Below are positions 1 to 10,672 of a stretch of DNA of 64,000 nucleotides, piece after piece. Source of the stretch: Desulfatiglandales bacterium (lineage in GTDB: Bacteria > Desulfobacterota > DSM-4660 > Desulfatiglandales > Desulfatiglandaceae); contig OY759599.1 in assembly GCA_963662465.1 (NCBI GenBank), forward strand, positions 3,552,001 through 3,616,000, in the 5' to 3' direction. Positions within the stretch are counted from its first letter, which is position 1, and every line of letters starts with the position of its first letter. The translations under genes and the position numbers were made by a program. The notes beneath the pieces were generated by a model that was given only the letters and a program-made list of their open reading frames with translations, made no database searches and was not told the DNA's origin.

Positions 1-1
1 C

Positions 2-1045
2 GAAAAATACTTCGACCTCTACGATCAGGTCTTTGCCCATCGCTTTCAGGGTGCAGAGTTAAAAGATCCCGAAGAATTCGAAATCAGCCAGGTGGCCCAG
101 GCCATGCTGGAAGAATGGCTGAAGGATCCCAAGGGCATCGCCGACGCATTGGGGATCGATGAGAAAACCCTCAATAAAATGAAGCCGGAAGAACTGCTTC
201 AATACTTCCTGGACCGCCTGAAAGAACAAACGGAAGAACATCACGGGGGCGCCAAATGGATTGGTACGGGGGGTACCTCCCCGGTGGGCCATTCGGGTTA
301 TCACCCGGGGGGTATGCGGGTGGGCGGGGTTTCCCGCAACAAGTCCGCCGTGAAGGTGGCCATGGACAGGCGATACAAAGACTATTCCCAGGACGGTCCC
401 CTGACCCAGTCCCAAATCGGCGAAGCCCTGAAACGACTGCGGAATATGGTGCCCAGCGGACCCAAGGATGTGGTCAATGTTGACGAGACCATCTACCAGA
501 CCATGAAAAACGCAGGGGAAATAGAGATCATTTTCGAACGGAGCCTAAAGGATCGCCTGAAAATCGTCCTGGCCATCGATAACGGGGGATGGTCCATGGA
601 CCCCTACATTGAAATGGTGCAGACCCTTTTCTACTACGCACGGGCCCAGTTCAAGGAAGTGAAGACGTACTTTTTCCACAACACCATTTACGACCAGATC
701 TGGCAGGATCCGTCCCGTTATCAAAAACCATACCGCATTGATGATCTGATTCGAAGGGATCCGGAGACCCGAGTGGTCATCGTGGGCGATGCCAGCATGG
801 CCCCCTATGAATTGATGGCCTCGGATGGCAGCATTCATATCGAGGAAAGATCCGGCAGGCCCAGTTATGAAAGGCTCCGGTTTATCGCCGAAACCTTTCC
901 CCACTCCGTCTGGATCAACCCGAAAATGGCGGCAGAATGGCCCTATAGCCGGACCATCAATATGATTCGAGAGATATTTCCCATGTTTGAGCTGACCATC
1001 GACGGCCTGGAAAAGGCCGTGGGCCATCTCATGAGCGATAATTGA
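2..1045 (+). CDS. VWA-domain (CoxE-like) protein, 5' end cut by window edge
   Basis: Frame is open from position 2; KWIGTGGTSP motif, DNGGWSM (MIDAS-like), FFHNTIY and VIVGDASMAPYEL motifs are typical of this family. Confidence 0.7.
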   Translation, partial: EKYFDLYDQVFAHRFQGAELKDPEEFEISQVAQAMLEEWLKDPKGIADALGIDEKTLNKMKPEELLQYFLDRLKEQTEEHHGGAKWIGTGGTSPVGHSGYHPGGMRVGGVSRNKSAVKVAMDRRYKDYSQDGPLTQSQIGEALKRLRNMVPSGPKDVVNVDETIYQTMKNAGEIEIIFERSLKDRLKIVLAIDNGGWSMDPYIEMVQTLFYYARAQFKEVKTYFFHNTIYDQIWQDPSRYQKPYRIDDLIRRDPETRVVIVGDASMAPYELMASDGSIHIEERSGRPSYERLRFIAETFPHSVWINPKMAAEWPYSRTINMIREIFPMFELTIDGLEKAVGHLMSDN

Positions 1046-1104
1046 GTGCTATTTTGATCACTTCGTTCGTTACTCTGAAAAATTGAGAAGCGAAATGGTT
1101 TTGA

Positions 1105-1413
1105 TTAATATTTTACCTTATCGAGACCTTTCAGACCCAAAATAGTTCGCGCTTCATCGGGGGTGGCGGGTTCCAGGCCCAGTTCTCTGCCGATTCGAAT
1201 AATCTTTTCCACCTGCTCCCCGTTGCTTTTGGCTTTGACCCCCTTTTCCAGGTACAGATTGTCCTCCAGACCCACACGGGTATTCCCTCCCATAAGCAGT
1301 GCGAGATTGCACATGCGAAACTGCTCACGCCCGGCCGCGCAAACCGACCACACAAACCCATCTCCGAACATCTCTTTCGCGGTATTCAGCAGAAAGATAA
1401 ATTTATTTTGCAT
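1105..1413 (-). pseudogene. C-terminal fragment of a 3-keto-5-aminohexanoate cleavage enzyme (BKACE/DUF849) gene
   Basis: GGNTRVGLEDNLYL...SNGEQV...ATPDEARTILGL is the BKACE C-terminus; about 100 aa present versus about 270-300 expected. Confidence 0.7.
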
Positions 1414-1502
1414 TTTCTTAAACCCCTTATCAATTCAGGTAAAAATAATGGGTAAACCCTCATGAATCACGCGGGCATTCACCCCCAAGCATGTAAATGA
1501 CA

Positions 1503-1549
1503 TCTACCGCTTTTAAGCTAACGGCTAACAGCTAACGGCTGCATTTTCA
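1503..1549. repeat. Heptamer-repeat element (3 x GCTAACR) with conserved flanks; inverted copy of 4596-4663
   Basis: tctaccgcttttaa-(gctaacr)3-gctgcattttca is the reverse complement of the 4596-4663 element apart from repeat number. Confidence 0.8.
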
Positions 1550-1566
1550 TGGTAAAAAAATCAGTT

Positions 1567-2202
1567 CTACAGCTCAATAACCCTTCCGACGCCCCCTTCC
1601 AAAAATTTTTCAGGATAAAGCGCCTTAATCTCCGCCTGATACTGGGTGCAATGGGTGGGGCAGATCCAATCCAGACCCTGGACCGATCCGAAATCATCGA
1701 ACCCGTGCAACCCACCCATGAGCGCCGTCACCTTACCCAATGACGACGCACTCTCAAGAATACAGGCAACGCCGGGATGGGAACATCCGGCAAGCACCAC
1801 CAGGCCCCGGGATGTCCTGACCACCAGAGACTGCTCAAAATCGTCGAGTTCACCCGTAGAAAAGATATTCTCATGCATCTGCATCGGTTCATCAACGCGA
1901 ATCACGCGGGTCGCCCCACTGGGGTCCTGACAGGAGACGGGCACATAAACATCGCACGGGTTTATTTTCAAAAAATCCGCCAATCCGCCCGTATGATCCC
2001 AGTGTGAATGGGAAATAAAGACTTCGTCAATTTCCATCGGATCGATACTGAGAGATGCCATATTCCGAAGCAGAATATCCCCTTTGGCGCCCGTATCAAA
2101 TAAAATCTTTCTCCCATCTATTTCGATTAAGCAGGAAAAGCCCCAGTCTGCAACGCAATTATCTTCAGCGGTCTCATTATCATAAAGAATCGTCGTTTTC
2201 AT
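1567..2202 (-). CDS. MBL-fold metallo-hydrolase
   Basis: ILFDTG, SHSHWDHTGG (HxHxDH), GCSHPG, GGLH and PTHCT motifs. Confidence 0.85.
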   Translation of the reverse strand: MKTTILYDNETAEDNCVADWGFSCLIEIDGRKILFDTGAKGDILLRNMASLSIDPMEIDEVFISHSHWDHTGGLADFLKINPCDVYVPVSCQDPSGATRVIRVDEPMQMHENIFSTGELDDFEQSLVVRTSRGLVVLAGCSHPGVACILESASSLGKVTALMGGLHGFDDFGSVQGLDWICPTHCTQYQAEIKALYPEKFLEGGVGRVIEL

Positions 2203-2313
2203 TTTCAGTTAAACCCTCCCGAAAAATGGGTGCCATTTCAAAATTACTGTGCTATTGTTAAGTGAATAAATTCACAACAACCTGAAAATAGAATAGGAGA
2301 GGAGGAAAAATCA

Positions 2314-2658
2314 ATGAAAAAAGTAGCAATCGTGGGATGCGGCGCCTATATGGACAGCGGATATGGATGCCCCGGGGAGTGGCGTTGCCTGAAGGCGGCA
2401 GCCCTGGGTGAAGGCCTGTTTGATGAGCCCTCTCAGGTGATGGCCTTTGTAAAATGCGAGTGCCCGGGACGAACCCTTGTCACCAACATGGGCATGGCCA
2501 TGAAGCTATCTGAAATAAAACCCGACGTGATCCATCTGAGTTCCTGTCTCGTCAACGCAAAACCGGGGTGTCCCTATGGCGCCGCCGAAGAATTTGCCCA
2601 ACTCCTTGAAAGCAAAACCGGAATCAAGGTGATTTCCGGAACCCACGACTATCATTAA
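2314..2658 (+). CDS. CGGC-domain-like Cys-rich protein
   Basis: GCPGEWRC, CECPG, IHLSSC, CPY and GTH motifs; strong SD GGAGG upstream. Confidence 0.7.
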   Translation: MKKVAIVGCGAYMDSGYGCPGEWRCLKAAALGEGLFDEPSQVMAFVKCECPGRTLVTNMGMAMKLSEIKPDVIHLSSCLVNAKPGCPYGAAEEFAQLLESKTGIKVISGTHDYH

Positions 2659-2741
2659 CGGGCAAGCAAAAGCAAGCATCCAGCGCCTTCAAATGGACAC
2701 GCTGAAGGCGCTGATGCGTGGATAAATCCCCATTGCCCTTG

Positions 2742-3518
2742 TTACTTCTCTTTCCACACCGGTTTTCGCTTCTCCAAAAATGCGTTGATGCCTTCTGCGG
2801 CATCCTCGGTAACGCACAGAGCCGCAAACATTTCATTGGAATATTCCAGCGCCTTTCCAAACTCCATATCCAACATGCCGTAAAATGCCTGTTTTCCCAT
2901 TTGGAGGGCCAGGGGGCTTTTCCGGGCCAGCTTTTCGGCCAGTGCCATGGTGGCGGACGCCAGTTCACCGGGAGGCACCACCTGATTGACCAGGCCCCAG
3001 CGCTCCGCATCCTCGGCCGTCACCATGTCGCCGGACAGCAACATCTCAAGAGAACGTTTTTTCCCAAGGTGTCGGGCCAGAGGAACAGCGGGACCCATAC
3101 AGAAAAGGCCCACATTAATGGCCGTTGTACCGATCTTTGTCCCCTCAGCTACAATGGCCAGATCGGCGGCGGCCAGAAGACCGGCCCCGTTGGCCACGGC
3201 AAACCCATGAACGGAGGCAATCACCGGCTTCTTCATTTTGGCGATCACAAGGTTCATCTGTTCCATGATGCCGACCCATTCCCGGTATTCCTGCTGAGAT
3301 TTTCCAAAAAATTCCGACACATCAATTCCGACGCTGAACGCCTTCCCTGCCCCCTTAACCACCACAACCCGAATATCCGGGTCATTATCCAGCTGAAGTA
3401 ACGCCTGGTTTAATTCCTTCGCCATTTCCGTGCTGAATGTGTTCATGGCCTCGGGGCGATTCAAGGTAATCACCCCCACGTGTTTTTCTTGATCCACCAG
3501 CACCGTATTGTAAGCCAT
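2742..3518 (-). CDS. Enoyl-CoA hydratase/isomerase family protein
   Basis: ITLNRPEAMN, AFSVGIDV, KPVIASVHG, EGINAFLEKRKP; ATG at 3518 after AGGAG. Confidence 0.9.
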   Translation of the reverse strand: MAYNTVLVDQEKHVGVITLNRPEAMNTFSTEMAKELNQALLQLDNDPDIRVVVVKGAGKAFSVGIDVSEFFGKSQQEYREWVGIMEQMNLVIAKMKKPVIASVHGFAVANGAGLLAAADLAIVAEGTKIGTTAINVGLFCMGPAVPLARHLGKKRSLEMLLSGDMVTAEDAERWGLVNQVVPPGELASATMALAEKLARKSPLALQMGKQAFYGMLDMEFGKALEYSNEMFAALCVTEDAAEGINAFLEKRKPVWKEK

Positions 3519-3771
3519 TATGAATCTCCTTTTGAAAAACTTCCTTTTTTTGCATCCGACGACGCTTTCCACGGAATTCAACTTATTTTTTTTACTTCGG
3601 TCTGTCAAGAAAGTACAACTTCTTGCCTCTAATCGAAAAAAGCATTGTATCAGCGGCTATTTTGGGATAACCTTAATACACTTTTTTTCTTAAAATGGAG
3701 AATGCGAAAAAAGCTATCGATGTTGAACCGAGCATCATGGTTTTTTTTATCAAATAAGGGGAGGAAACCAA

Positions 3772-4569
3772 TTGGATACAGAGATCCAAGGGATTGATGA
3801 TTTGACCGGATTTGCCATGCAAGCAATTCAAACAGCCGGTAAAGAGGCGCTTTCCTACTATGGAAAAGCCAGGCCGGGAGAAAGATTTGATGAAGAGCTA
3901 ATCACCAAAGCGGAACTCCATTTAACTGAGTTCTTCCAGGACCAACTCAGTAACCACTTTCCTGAACATCAGCTATTTTCGAACAACCAGAAAGATATCG
4001 GTTACTCCCACGAAAACAAACGGTACTTATGGGTTTTCGATGCCTTGGACGGGGTAGCCAATTTCCAGGGCGGTATCCCATTATGGGGGATGTCCTTGGC
4101 GCTGCTGGAAAACTCCTGGCCTATTTTCGGCGCATTTTATATGCCCGCAACCGGGGACCTGTTCCATGCCCGCGCGGAAGAAACAGCATTCTGGGGTGAG
4201 AAAAAAATATACGCCGTTCCCTCTTCAGAAATCAATGACGAAAGTGTTCTTCTGACCTATGCACATTTCAACCGCCATTATCGCCCCTCTTTTGCGGGCA
4301 AAATTCGAAGTTTCGGTTGCACATCCGCCCATATGTGCTATGTTGCCGCTGGTCGGGCGGAGGCCGCCATCATCGCTCGTGAGACGTTTCAGGACCTGGC
4401 CGCGACCCGGGTCATTATTGAGGCGGCAGGTCTGAAGATCTATAAAATGGATGGGTCCGGATTTTTCCTCAATGAATACCTGAACGGGAAAAAGATTGAA
4501 GAACACCTCCTGGTGGTGTCTTCCGAAGGCCGGCGCCGCATTCATGATTGTCTGAAACCAATCGTTTAG
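3772..4569 (+). CDS. Inositol monophosphatase family protein
   Basis: WVFDALDGVANF (DPxDGT-like), IRSFG and D-LAA motifs. Confidence 0.8.
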   Translation: MDTEIQGIDDLTGFAMQAIQTAGKEALSYYGKARPGERFDEELITKAELHLTEFFQDQLSNHFPEHQLFSNNQKDIGYSHENKRYLWVFDALDGVANFQGGIPLWGMSLALLENSWPIFGAFYMPATGDLFHARAEETAFWGEKKIYAVPSSEINDESVLLTYAHFNRHYRPSFAGKIRSFGCTSAHMCYVAAGRAEAAIIARETFQDLAATRVIIEAAGLKIYKMDGSGFFLNEYLNGKKIEEHLLVVSSEGRRRIHDCLKPIV

Positions 4570-4595
4570 GACCTCGCTTCCAATATACTTTACTG

Positions 4596-4663
4596 TGAAA
4601 ATGCAGCGGTTAGCGGTTAGCCGTTAGCTGTTAGCTGTTAGCTGTTAGCTTAAAAGCGGTAGA
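4596..4663. repeat. Heptamer-repeat element (6 x GCnGTTA)
   Basis: tgaaaatgca-(gcggtta/gccgtta/gctgtta)6-gcttaaaagcggtaga. Confidence 0.8.
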
Positions 4664-4715
4664 CAATAGGCGTTTTACGACCACTACCGGAAAGAGTGCC
4701 AACAATGGACAGTCA

Positions 4716-4967
4716 ATGAAAAAAATCATAAAAATGAGAGAGATGCTCGACAATCAAAAAGGGATCATCAAACGGGTTTCAGCAACCGGCGATATGGGTA
4801 GAAGGATCAGGGAGATGGGTCTGGTGCCGGAAACCCCCATTCAAATTCGAGGACGCGCCCCCCTCAAAGACCCCGTGGCCGTGAAAATCAGGGACTATGT
4901 CCTGACCCTCAGAAACAATGAAGCCGCCAGCATCCTTGTAGAAGTGGAGGAAACGCAATCCAGCTAA
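4716..4967 (+). CDS. feoA: Ferrous iron transport protein A
   Basis: RRIREMGLVP...APLKDPVAVKIRDYVLTLR; immediately upstream of feoB. Confidence 0.9.
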   Translation: MKKIIKMREMLDNQKGIIKRVSATGDMGRRIREMGLVPETPIQIRGRAPLKDPVAVKIRDYVLTLRNNEAASILVEVEETQSS

Positions 4968-4979
4968 AGCGTTGAACCG

Positions 4980-7184
4980 ATGGAACAAAAAATCATAATC
5001 GCCCTCTCAGGCAATCCCAATGCCGGAAAGACAACGGTGTTTAACGCCATTACCGGCGCCAGGCAGCACATTGCCAACTATCCCGGCGTAACAGTCGAAA
5101 AAAAATACGGGACCATCAAACACAAAGGGCATGAAATTGAGGTGGTGGATCTGCCGGGAACCTATTCCCTGACGGCGTACTCCATGGAAGAGATTGTGGC
5201 CAGGGATTTTGTGATCAACGAAAAACCGAGTCTCGTGGTGGATATTGTTGATGCATCTAACCTGGATCGCCACCTTTATCTGGCCGTACAGTTTAAAGAA
5301 TTGGGAGTTCCCCTGATACTGGCCCTCAACATGGTGGACGTAGCCGAAAGCCGAGGCATTAAAGTAGACCACCGACAACTGTCCGCCCAGTTCGGGGTGC
5401 CGGTGGTTCCCATGGTGGCCAGAACGGGCAAGGGCATCCAAGACCTCCTGGACAAAGTGGTGGAAGAGGCCGCCAAAAGCCCGGAGTGGATCAATGCGCC
5501 CATGAGCTACGGCATCGACATTGATTCGGCCCTGAATCAGATTTCATCCATCCTCGAAAAATCCAGTATTTTCGACAAAAAATATCCCTCCCGATGGCGT
5601 GCCCTCAAATGCCTGGAAGGAGACAGCCAGATTACGGGGTTGTTGAAAAGAGACCCGGAATCGGGGCAGTCCATAGCCGCCATCTGCGAGAATATTTTAA
5701 AGCACACCATGGATACCCTGGAGGAGGAACCGGAAGCCATCATCGCGGACCATCGGTACGGCTACATCGCGGGCATTACCAAAAAAGTCGTTAAACGAAA
5801 AATTGAAAGCCGCCTCAATCTCTCCGATCAAATGGACAAGGTCCTCACCAACCGGGCCTTCGGCCCCATCATCATGGGGTTTATTCTCTACGGCATCTAT
5901 TCCTTTACATTCTGGGCCAGCGAAATACCCCTTATTTGGTTTGAGCTGTTTTTCGATTCCCTCAAGAATCTCGCGACAGCCTATCTTCCCCCCGGAATCC
6001 TTCAGTCTTTAATTATTTCAGGCGTCATTGACGGCGTCGGAGGCGTATTGGGGTTCGTCCCCCTGATCATGTTCATGTTCTTTGCCATTGCCATCATGGA
6101 GGATTCCGGATATATGGCCCGGGTCGCCTACATGCTGGACCGGGTGTTGCGATGGTTCGGACTTCATGGAAATTCCGTAATGGCCCTGGTGGTAAGCGGC
6201 GGCATATCCGGCGGATGCGCCGTGCCGGGGGTAATGGCCACACGGATATTAAAGGACCCCAAGGAAAGGATCGCCACCCTTCTGGTCGTGCCGTTCATGA
6301 ATTGCGGCGCTAAACTGCCGGTTTACGCCATGCTCATCGGGGCCTTCTTTACAAAGGACAAGGCCCGCATGTTGTTCATTTTGACCCTTATCTCATGGGG
6401 ATTTGCGCTTTTTGCCGCCAAATTGCTCAGAGCCACGGTTCTCAGAGGCCCCACAACGCCCTTTGTGATGGAACTCCCCCCCTACCGGGCGCCCACCCTT
6501 CGCGGGCTGCTGATCCACACGTGGGAAAGAACCTGGCAGTACATCAAAAAGGCCGGCACCGTCATCCTGGCTTTTTCCGTTATCCTGTGGGCCATGATGA
6601 CCTTCCCGAGACTTTCCCAGGAACAAATCCAACCCTTTGACCAGAAACGGGAAAAGATCACAGCCGCCTTTCTGGATGAGCAGCACGCTGAAAACAGGAA
6701 ATTCCTGAAAACGGACGTCCAATACTTGGCATTTCAAAATAAAATGACCTATATTAACACCCTGCAGCAACAAACGGCTTTGAAGAGAACCATCGCGGGG
6801 TGGGTTGGCATGAAGCTGGAAGTCATTACACGCCCCTTGGGCTTTGAATACCGAACAAACATCGCACTGCTGGGCGGTTTCGCCGCCAAGGAAGTCGTTA
6901 TTTCAACCTTAGGCACCGCCTACTCCTTAAGTGATGTGAATGAAGAGGAAACAGCTCCTCTCGCCGATAAATTGAAAAATGATCCTGCCTGGAACCCGCT
7001 TCAGGCATTTACGCTGATTATTTTTATTATGCTTTACGTGCCTTGCGTGGCAACGGTGGTAGCCATCCGCAAGGAAAGTTCCTGGAAATGGGCCGGGTTT
7101 TCCATTTTCTTTAACCTGATGGTGGCCTATGGGGTGTCGCTGATCATCCGACAGGGGGGTGCATTTCTGGGGTTAGGGGGATAA
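4980..7184 (+). CDS. feoB: Ferrous iron transport protein B
   Basis: GNPNAGKT, NYPGVTVEKK, DLPGTYSL G-domain plus membrane domain with PFVMELPPY. Confidence 0.97.
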   Translation: MEQKIIIALSGNPNAGKTTVFNAITGARQHIANYPGVTVEKKYGTIKHKGHEIEVVDLPGTYSLTAYSMEEIVARDFVINEKPSLVVDIVDASNLDRHLYLAVQFKELGVPLILALNMVDVAESRGIKVDHRQLSAQFGVPVVPMVARTGKGIQDLLDKVVEEAAKSPEWINAPMSYGIDIDSALNQISSILEKSSIFDKKYPSRWRALKCLEGDSQITGLLKRDPESGQSIAAICENILKHTMDTLEEEPEAIIADHRYGYIAGITKKVVKRKIESRLNLSDQMDKVLTNRAFGPIIMGFILYGIYSFTFWASEIPLIWFELFFDSLKNLATAYLPPGILQSLIISGVIDGVGGVLGFVPLIMFMFFAIAIMEDSGYMARVAYMLDRVLRWFGLHGNSVMALVVSGGISGGCAVPGVMATRILKDPKERIATLLVVPFMNCGAKLPVYAMLIGAFFTKDKARMLFILTLISWGFALFAAKLLRATVLRGPTTPFVMELPPYRAPTLRGLLIHTWERTWQYIKKAGTVILAFSVILWAMMTFPRLSQEQIQPFDQKREKITAAFLDEQHAENRKFLKTDVQYLAFQNKMTYINTLQQQTALKRTIAGWVGMKLEVITRPLGFEYRTNIALLGGFAAKEVVISTLGTAYSLSDVNEEETAPLADKLKNDPAWNPLQAFTLIIFIMLYVPCVATVVAIRKESSWKWAGFSIFFNLMVAYGVSLIIRQGGAFLGLGG

Positions 7185-7259
7185 TTTCCATCCCTCGGAA
7201 TGGAAAAATGGCGTCAATTGAGGAGATTTACAAACTATGATGAAACGGAGTCAGAAATA

Positions 7260-7727
7260 ATGGAAAAAATGCCGATCACAAAACAGGGTCTGGAAAAAAT
7301 CAAGGCAGAGCTGCTTCATCTGCAGAAAACAGAAAAGCCCAACAACATCAAAGCGATCGAAGAGGCTCGGGCCCATGGGGACCTCAGCGAAAACGCCGAA
7401 TATCACGCAGCGAAGGAAAAACAGGGGTTTATCGCCGGGAAAATCATCGAACTGGAAACCGCCATCAGCCAGGCGGAAGTCATTGACGTCAATGAGGGAC
7501 CCATGGACCGCGTGGTTTTTGGCCGTACCGTTCTGTTGTATGACGTTAGCGCCGATAAAGAAATCACCTATCAGCTTGTGGGACACTATGAATCGGATCC
7601 TGAAAACGGACGCATTTCCATTAAAAGTCCCCTCGGGCAAGGGATTATCGGCAGGGAAATCGGTGATGAAGTCAAAATCAAAACCCCTCGAGGCATTCAG
7701 GAATTTGAAGTGCTGGAAATCAGGTAG
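7260..7727 (+). CDS. greA: Transcription elongation factor GreA
   Basis: EARAHGDLSENAEYHAAKE, ISIKSPLG; likely start is ATG at 7260. Confidence 0.95.
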   Translation: MEKMPITKQGLEKIKAELLHLQKTEKPNNIKAIEEARAHGDLSENAEYHAAKEKQGFIAGKIIELETAISQAEVIDVNEGPMDRVVFGRTVLLYDVSADKEITYQLVGHYESDPENGRISIKSPLGQGIIGREIGDEVKIKTPRGIQEFEVLEIR

Positions 7728-7766
7728 CGCAACCATAGAGGAAAACCAGCGAAAGAGGGAAATCGG

Positions 7767-8300
7767 ATGCGGATAACGGATTCGATCAACAGAATCTTCA
7801 TTCATGGACTGGAAAGCAGCAATAAAGGGACGAAATCCGTCTTTTTCCGGGAAAAATTTCCAGACATGATCATTCCCACCTTTGTGGGAACGCTTCCCGA
7901 ACGGCTTTCAAAACTCGATGGCATTCTTTCGGGAAAATCGAACATCCATATCATCGGATCCAGTTTCGGAGGACTGATGGGCGCCCTGTTCGCCATGGCC
8001 AATGAACCCAGGGTCAAACACCTGACGCTCCTGGCGCCCGCCATTCACATCATTAGCCACGCCCCCCAAAAGCTTAAGAAGATTTCCATCCCGGTGTGCA
8101 TCTACCATGGCACGGAGGATGACGTCATTCCCCTCGGGGAGGTGGAAAAAGTTGCCGGGGAATTCTTTACAAGCCTAACCTTTCACAAAGTGAAAGACGA
8201 TCATTTCCTTCACAAAACCTTCAAGACCATTAATTGGGAAAATCTTCTTTCTCAATCCGTGATGCGTACCAGTCCATCTGGCGACAAACCCCTCGAATAA
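7767..8300 (+). CDS. YqiA-like alpha/beta hydrolase (esterase)
   Basis: FIHGLES, GSSFGG nucleophile elbow, HGTEDDV and DDH. Confidence 0.8.
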   Translation: MRITDSINRIFIHGLESSNKGTKSVFFREKFPDMIIPTFVGTLPERLSKLDGILSGKSNIHIIGSSFGGLMGALFAMANEPRVKHLTLLAPAIHIISHAPQKLKKISIPVCIYHGTEDDVIPLGEVEKVAGEFFTSLTFHKVKDDHFLHKTFKTINWENLLSQSVMRTSPSGDKPLE

Positions 8301-8982
8301 TACGCACTTCTCTTGCCCGCAACGGAAGCCTGGAAAGAAACCGCCGAATATTCAACATCCAGTGTTCGGGGTTCTGGGGATCCAGAAAACCGATCTTTGA
8401 AAGCACGGCACTGAGATGGTCGTACATCCCCTCCAGTTCAAAACTGTTGGCCAACCGGGGAACGGAAGCGGATTTTTGGGCGCCGGCCGTGGCCAGAAGC
8501 AATTCATAACAGACAATGACCACGGCCTGGGCCAGGTTGAGGGATGAGAAGAAGGCCGTGGGAACAGTGGCAATGGTATGGCAAAACCGGAGTTGATCGT
8601 TGGAAAGCCCCCGGTCCTCGGGTCCGAACAGAATGGCAACAAGATTATTTTGGGAGATGGGGATCAACTGTTGTGCAAGGGATCTGGGCCGGACCAGGGC
8701 GGGCCTTGAGGCCCCAATACGTGCCGTTGTGCCCACCAGATACTGAAAAGGCGCAAGCGCTTCCCTCAGGTTCTGGTAAATCTCCATTGACGCCAGCACG
8801 CTGGTGGAACTTCCCGTGGCCGTCTTTTTCATTCGATCAGGATCAGAGTTCTTGGGATCCACCAGTACCAGTCGATTTAGCCCCATGTTGTGCATGGCGC
8901 GGGCTGCCGCCCCGATATTTTCGGGGATCTGCGGTTGCACCAGTACAATGGCCACGTTTTCAAGGGAGACTTGTAAGGTCAT
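8230..8982 (-). CDS. trmJ: SPOUT RNA methyltransferase, TrmJ family
   Basis: PENIGAAARAMHNMG, FGPEDRGLSN, SLNLAQAV. Confidence 0.85.
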   Translation of the reverse strand: MTLQVSLENVAIVLVQPQIPENIGAAARAMHNMGLNRLVLVDPKNSDPDRMKKTATGSSTSVLASMEIYQNLREALAPFQYLVGTTARIGASRPALVRPRSLAQQLIPISQNNLVAILFGPEDRGLSNDQLRFCHTIATVPTAFFSSLNLAQAVVIVCYELLLATAGAQKSASVPRLANSFELEGMYDHLSAVLSKIGFLDPQNPEHWMLNIRRFLSRLPLRAREVRIIRGVCRQMDWYASRIEKEDFPN

Positions 8983-9197
8983 CGTTTTAATAACGCGAGA
9001 ATCTCATCATTGAGTTCATCGCTGTCAAAAGAAAACATCACAGTCCCATCCTTAACCTCAAAAGAAATCAGCCGGCACCGATACTGCTCCGCCACCGATT
9101 CCAGTATATCCTTGAACTGGCTCGCATAGGGGTGGTCCGTACTGTCCACTTCCGATGGAAAAAGATCCACTTCAAAACAACCCGATGAAATTTTCAT
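8979..9197 (-). CDS. Small hypothetical protein
   Basis: 72-aa ORF that overlaps both neighbours by 4 nt, consistent with an operon. Confidence 0.6.
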   Translation of the reverse strand: MKISSGCFEVDLFPSEVDSTDHPYASQFKDILESVAEQYRCRLISFEVKDGTVMFSFDSDELNDEILALLKR

Positions 9198-10390
9198 ACC
9201 CGATACCGCCCCCAGAAAATGATTGTACCCATGGCCATGACAACGCTTCCGGAAATGAATATGGTTCCGAAATTGAAAAAGTCAAGCAACATCCCCCCCA
9301 ACAAGGGGCCCGCAAGCATCCCCACGCTGTGCCCCAGGGCGAGAAGACCCATGATGGCGCCCATTGCTCCGAGTTGCCGCCCTTCAATGACCCCGATGGC
9401 CATAACCGCCGGCAGGGAAACACCGCCGGCCAACCCCAGAATCCCATTGATCATCATCAACTGGGCAAAAGATTCAGCATGATCCAGACACAGCATGGCG
9501 ACCATTGCCAGAAATCCACCGAAAAGGGTCAAAGAACGTTTGCTGAAGCGATCAGCGGCATATCCCATGGGCGCCTGAAGTAAACCGCTGACCAGCACAT
9601 TCACCATGACCACAAGTCCAATGGCGGAACTGGAAAGTCCCAGGCGGGTGGCAGCCAGCAACGGCAAAAAGCTCCAGGTAATGCCGATGCAGGTTGTAAA
9701 ACAGGTGCGAAATACAAAAATGGAAAAGACCGACGGCATCTTAATCAAATCCAGGTATTGAACCGGTTTCCTTTCCCCGTCGGAAACACCTGTTTTTATT
9801 ATCCTCTCCGCCGGAAGCAGGACAAGGCAAAGGACAAAACCCAGAAACGTGAAGATCCCCATGCACATGAAAGACGCCTGGATATGGAACCAGTCCTTAA
9901 TCAGGCCACCCATCACGGGGCCCGCGCTCAACCCGCCAAAGAGGGAAATATTGAACAGACCCATCAGGCGGCCCTCCTGTCTGGGCGGGATCATCTCCCC
10001 CACATAGGCTTGCGCAACAGGAAGCACCATAGCCGATGCAAAGCCCTGGCCCAGCCGAAGCACAATCAGGGCCGTCACACTTTCCGACGCGGCATAAAAA
10101 AGCGAGACCAGAAAATAGAGGAAAAGCCCGGTGGTAATCAAGGGTTTTTTCCCTTTCCGATCAGATAATTTTCCAAAGTAGGGAACAAAAAGGGTCCTGG
10201 TGAGCGAAAAAGCCCCGAAAATCAAACCGATCTCAAAACCGCCGGCCCCCAGTTCATGGGCATAAATCGGCAGCAACGGCGCCACAAACCCCGCCCCCAT
10301 CGCGGTCACGAAGATGGCGATAAAAAGGGTCGCAAAGATTTTGACATTCGCCCGGTCCATAAAGCTCCCATGAATTTTGTCGGAAACCAT
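9194..10390 (-). CDS. MFS transporter
   Basis: About 12 hydrophobic segments; GKLSDRKGKK motif A. Confidence 0.9.
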   Translation of the reverse strand: MVSDKIHGSFMDRANVKIFATLFIAIFVTAMGAGFVAPLLPIYAHELGAGGFEIGLIFGAFSLTRTLFVPYFGKLSDRKGKKPLITTGLFLYFLVSLFYAASESVTALIVLRLGQGFASAMVLPVAQAYVGEMIPPRQEGRLMGLFNISLFGGLSAGPVMGGLIKDWFHIQASFMCMGIFTFLGFVLCLVLLPAERIIKTGVSDGERKPVQYLDLIKMPSVFSIFVFRTCFTTCIGITWSFLPLLAATRLGLSSSAIGLVVMVNVLVSGLLQAPMGYAADRFSKRSLTLFGGFLAMVAMLCLDHAESFAQLMMINGILGLAGGVSLPAVMAIGVIEGRQLGAMGAIMGLLALGHSVGMLAGPLLGGMLLDFFNFGTIFISGSVVMAMGTIIFWGRYRV

Positions 10391-10672
10391 CTGCTAACGC
10401 GGCAAGCCGCAGTTTTAAGTTTTAAGTTTTAAGTTTTCCTGTCAATGAATTTCTTTTTTTTGCAACAGGTTTTCAGAAAACAAGGCACTAATGGCTGTGG
10501 ACCTTCCATGTCAAGCGTAATCTCCACATTTTTACCCACGCCGGGAATAACCGCTTCCCAAAGAATCACCATAATGGTTAAAATCGACCATCAGCAGCAA
10601 CTATTTCTAAAACTTCTATTGCCTTGTTTCAAATGATAGCATAAACTTCGCGGAAATAAAAAAAACGCCTCT

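Noticed and set aside
10411..10437. (AGTTTTA)n heptamer run as a regulatory or phase-variable element
   Set aside because: Only about 4 units and no supporting context; noted as a minor repeat.
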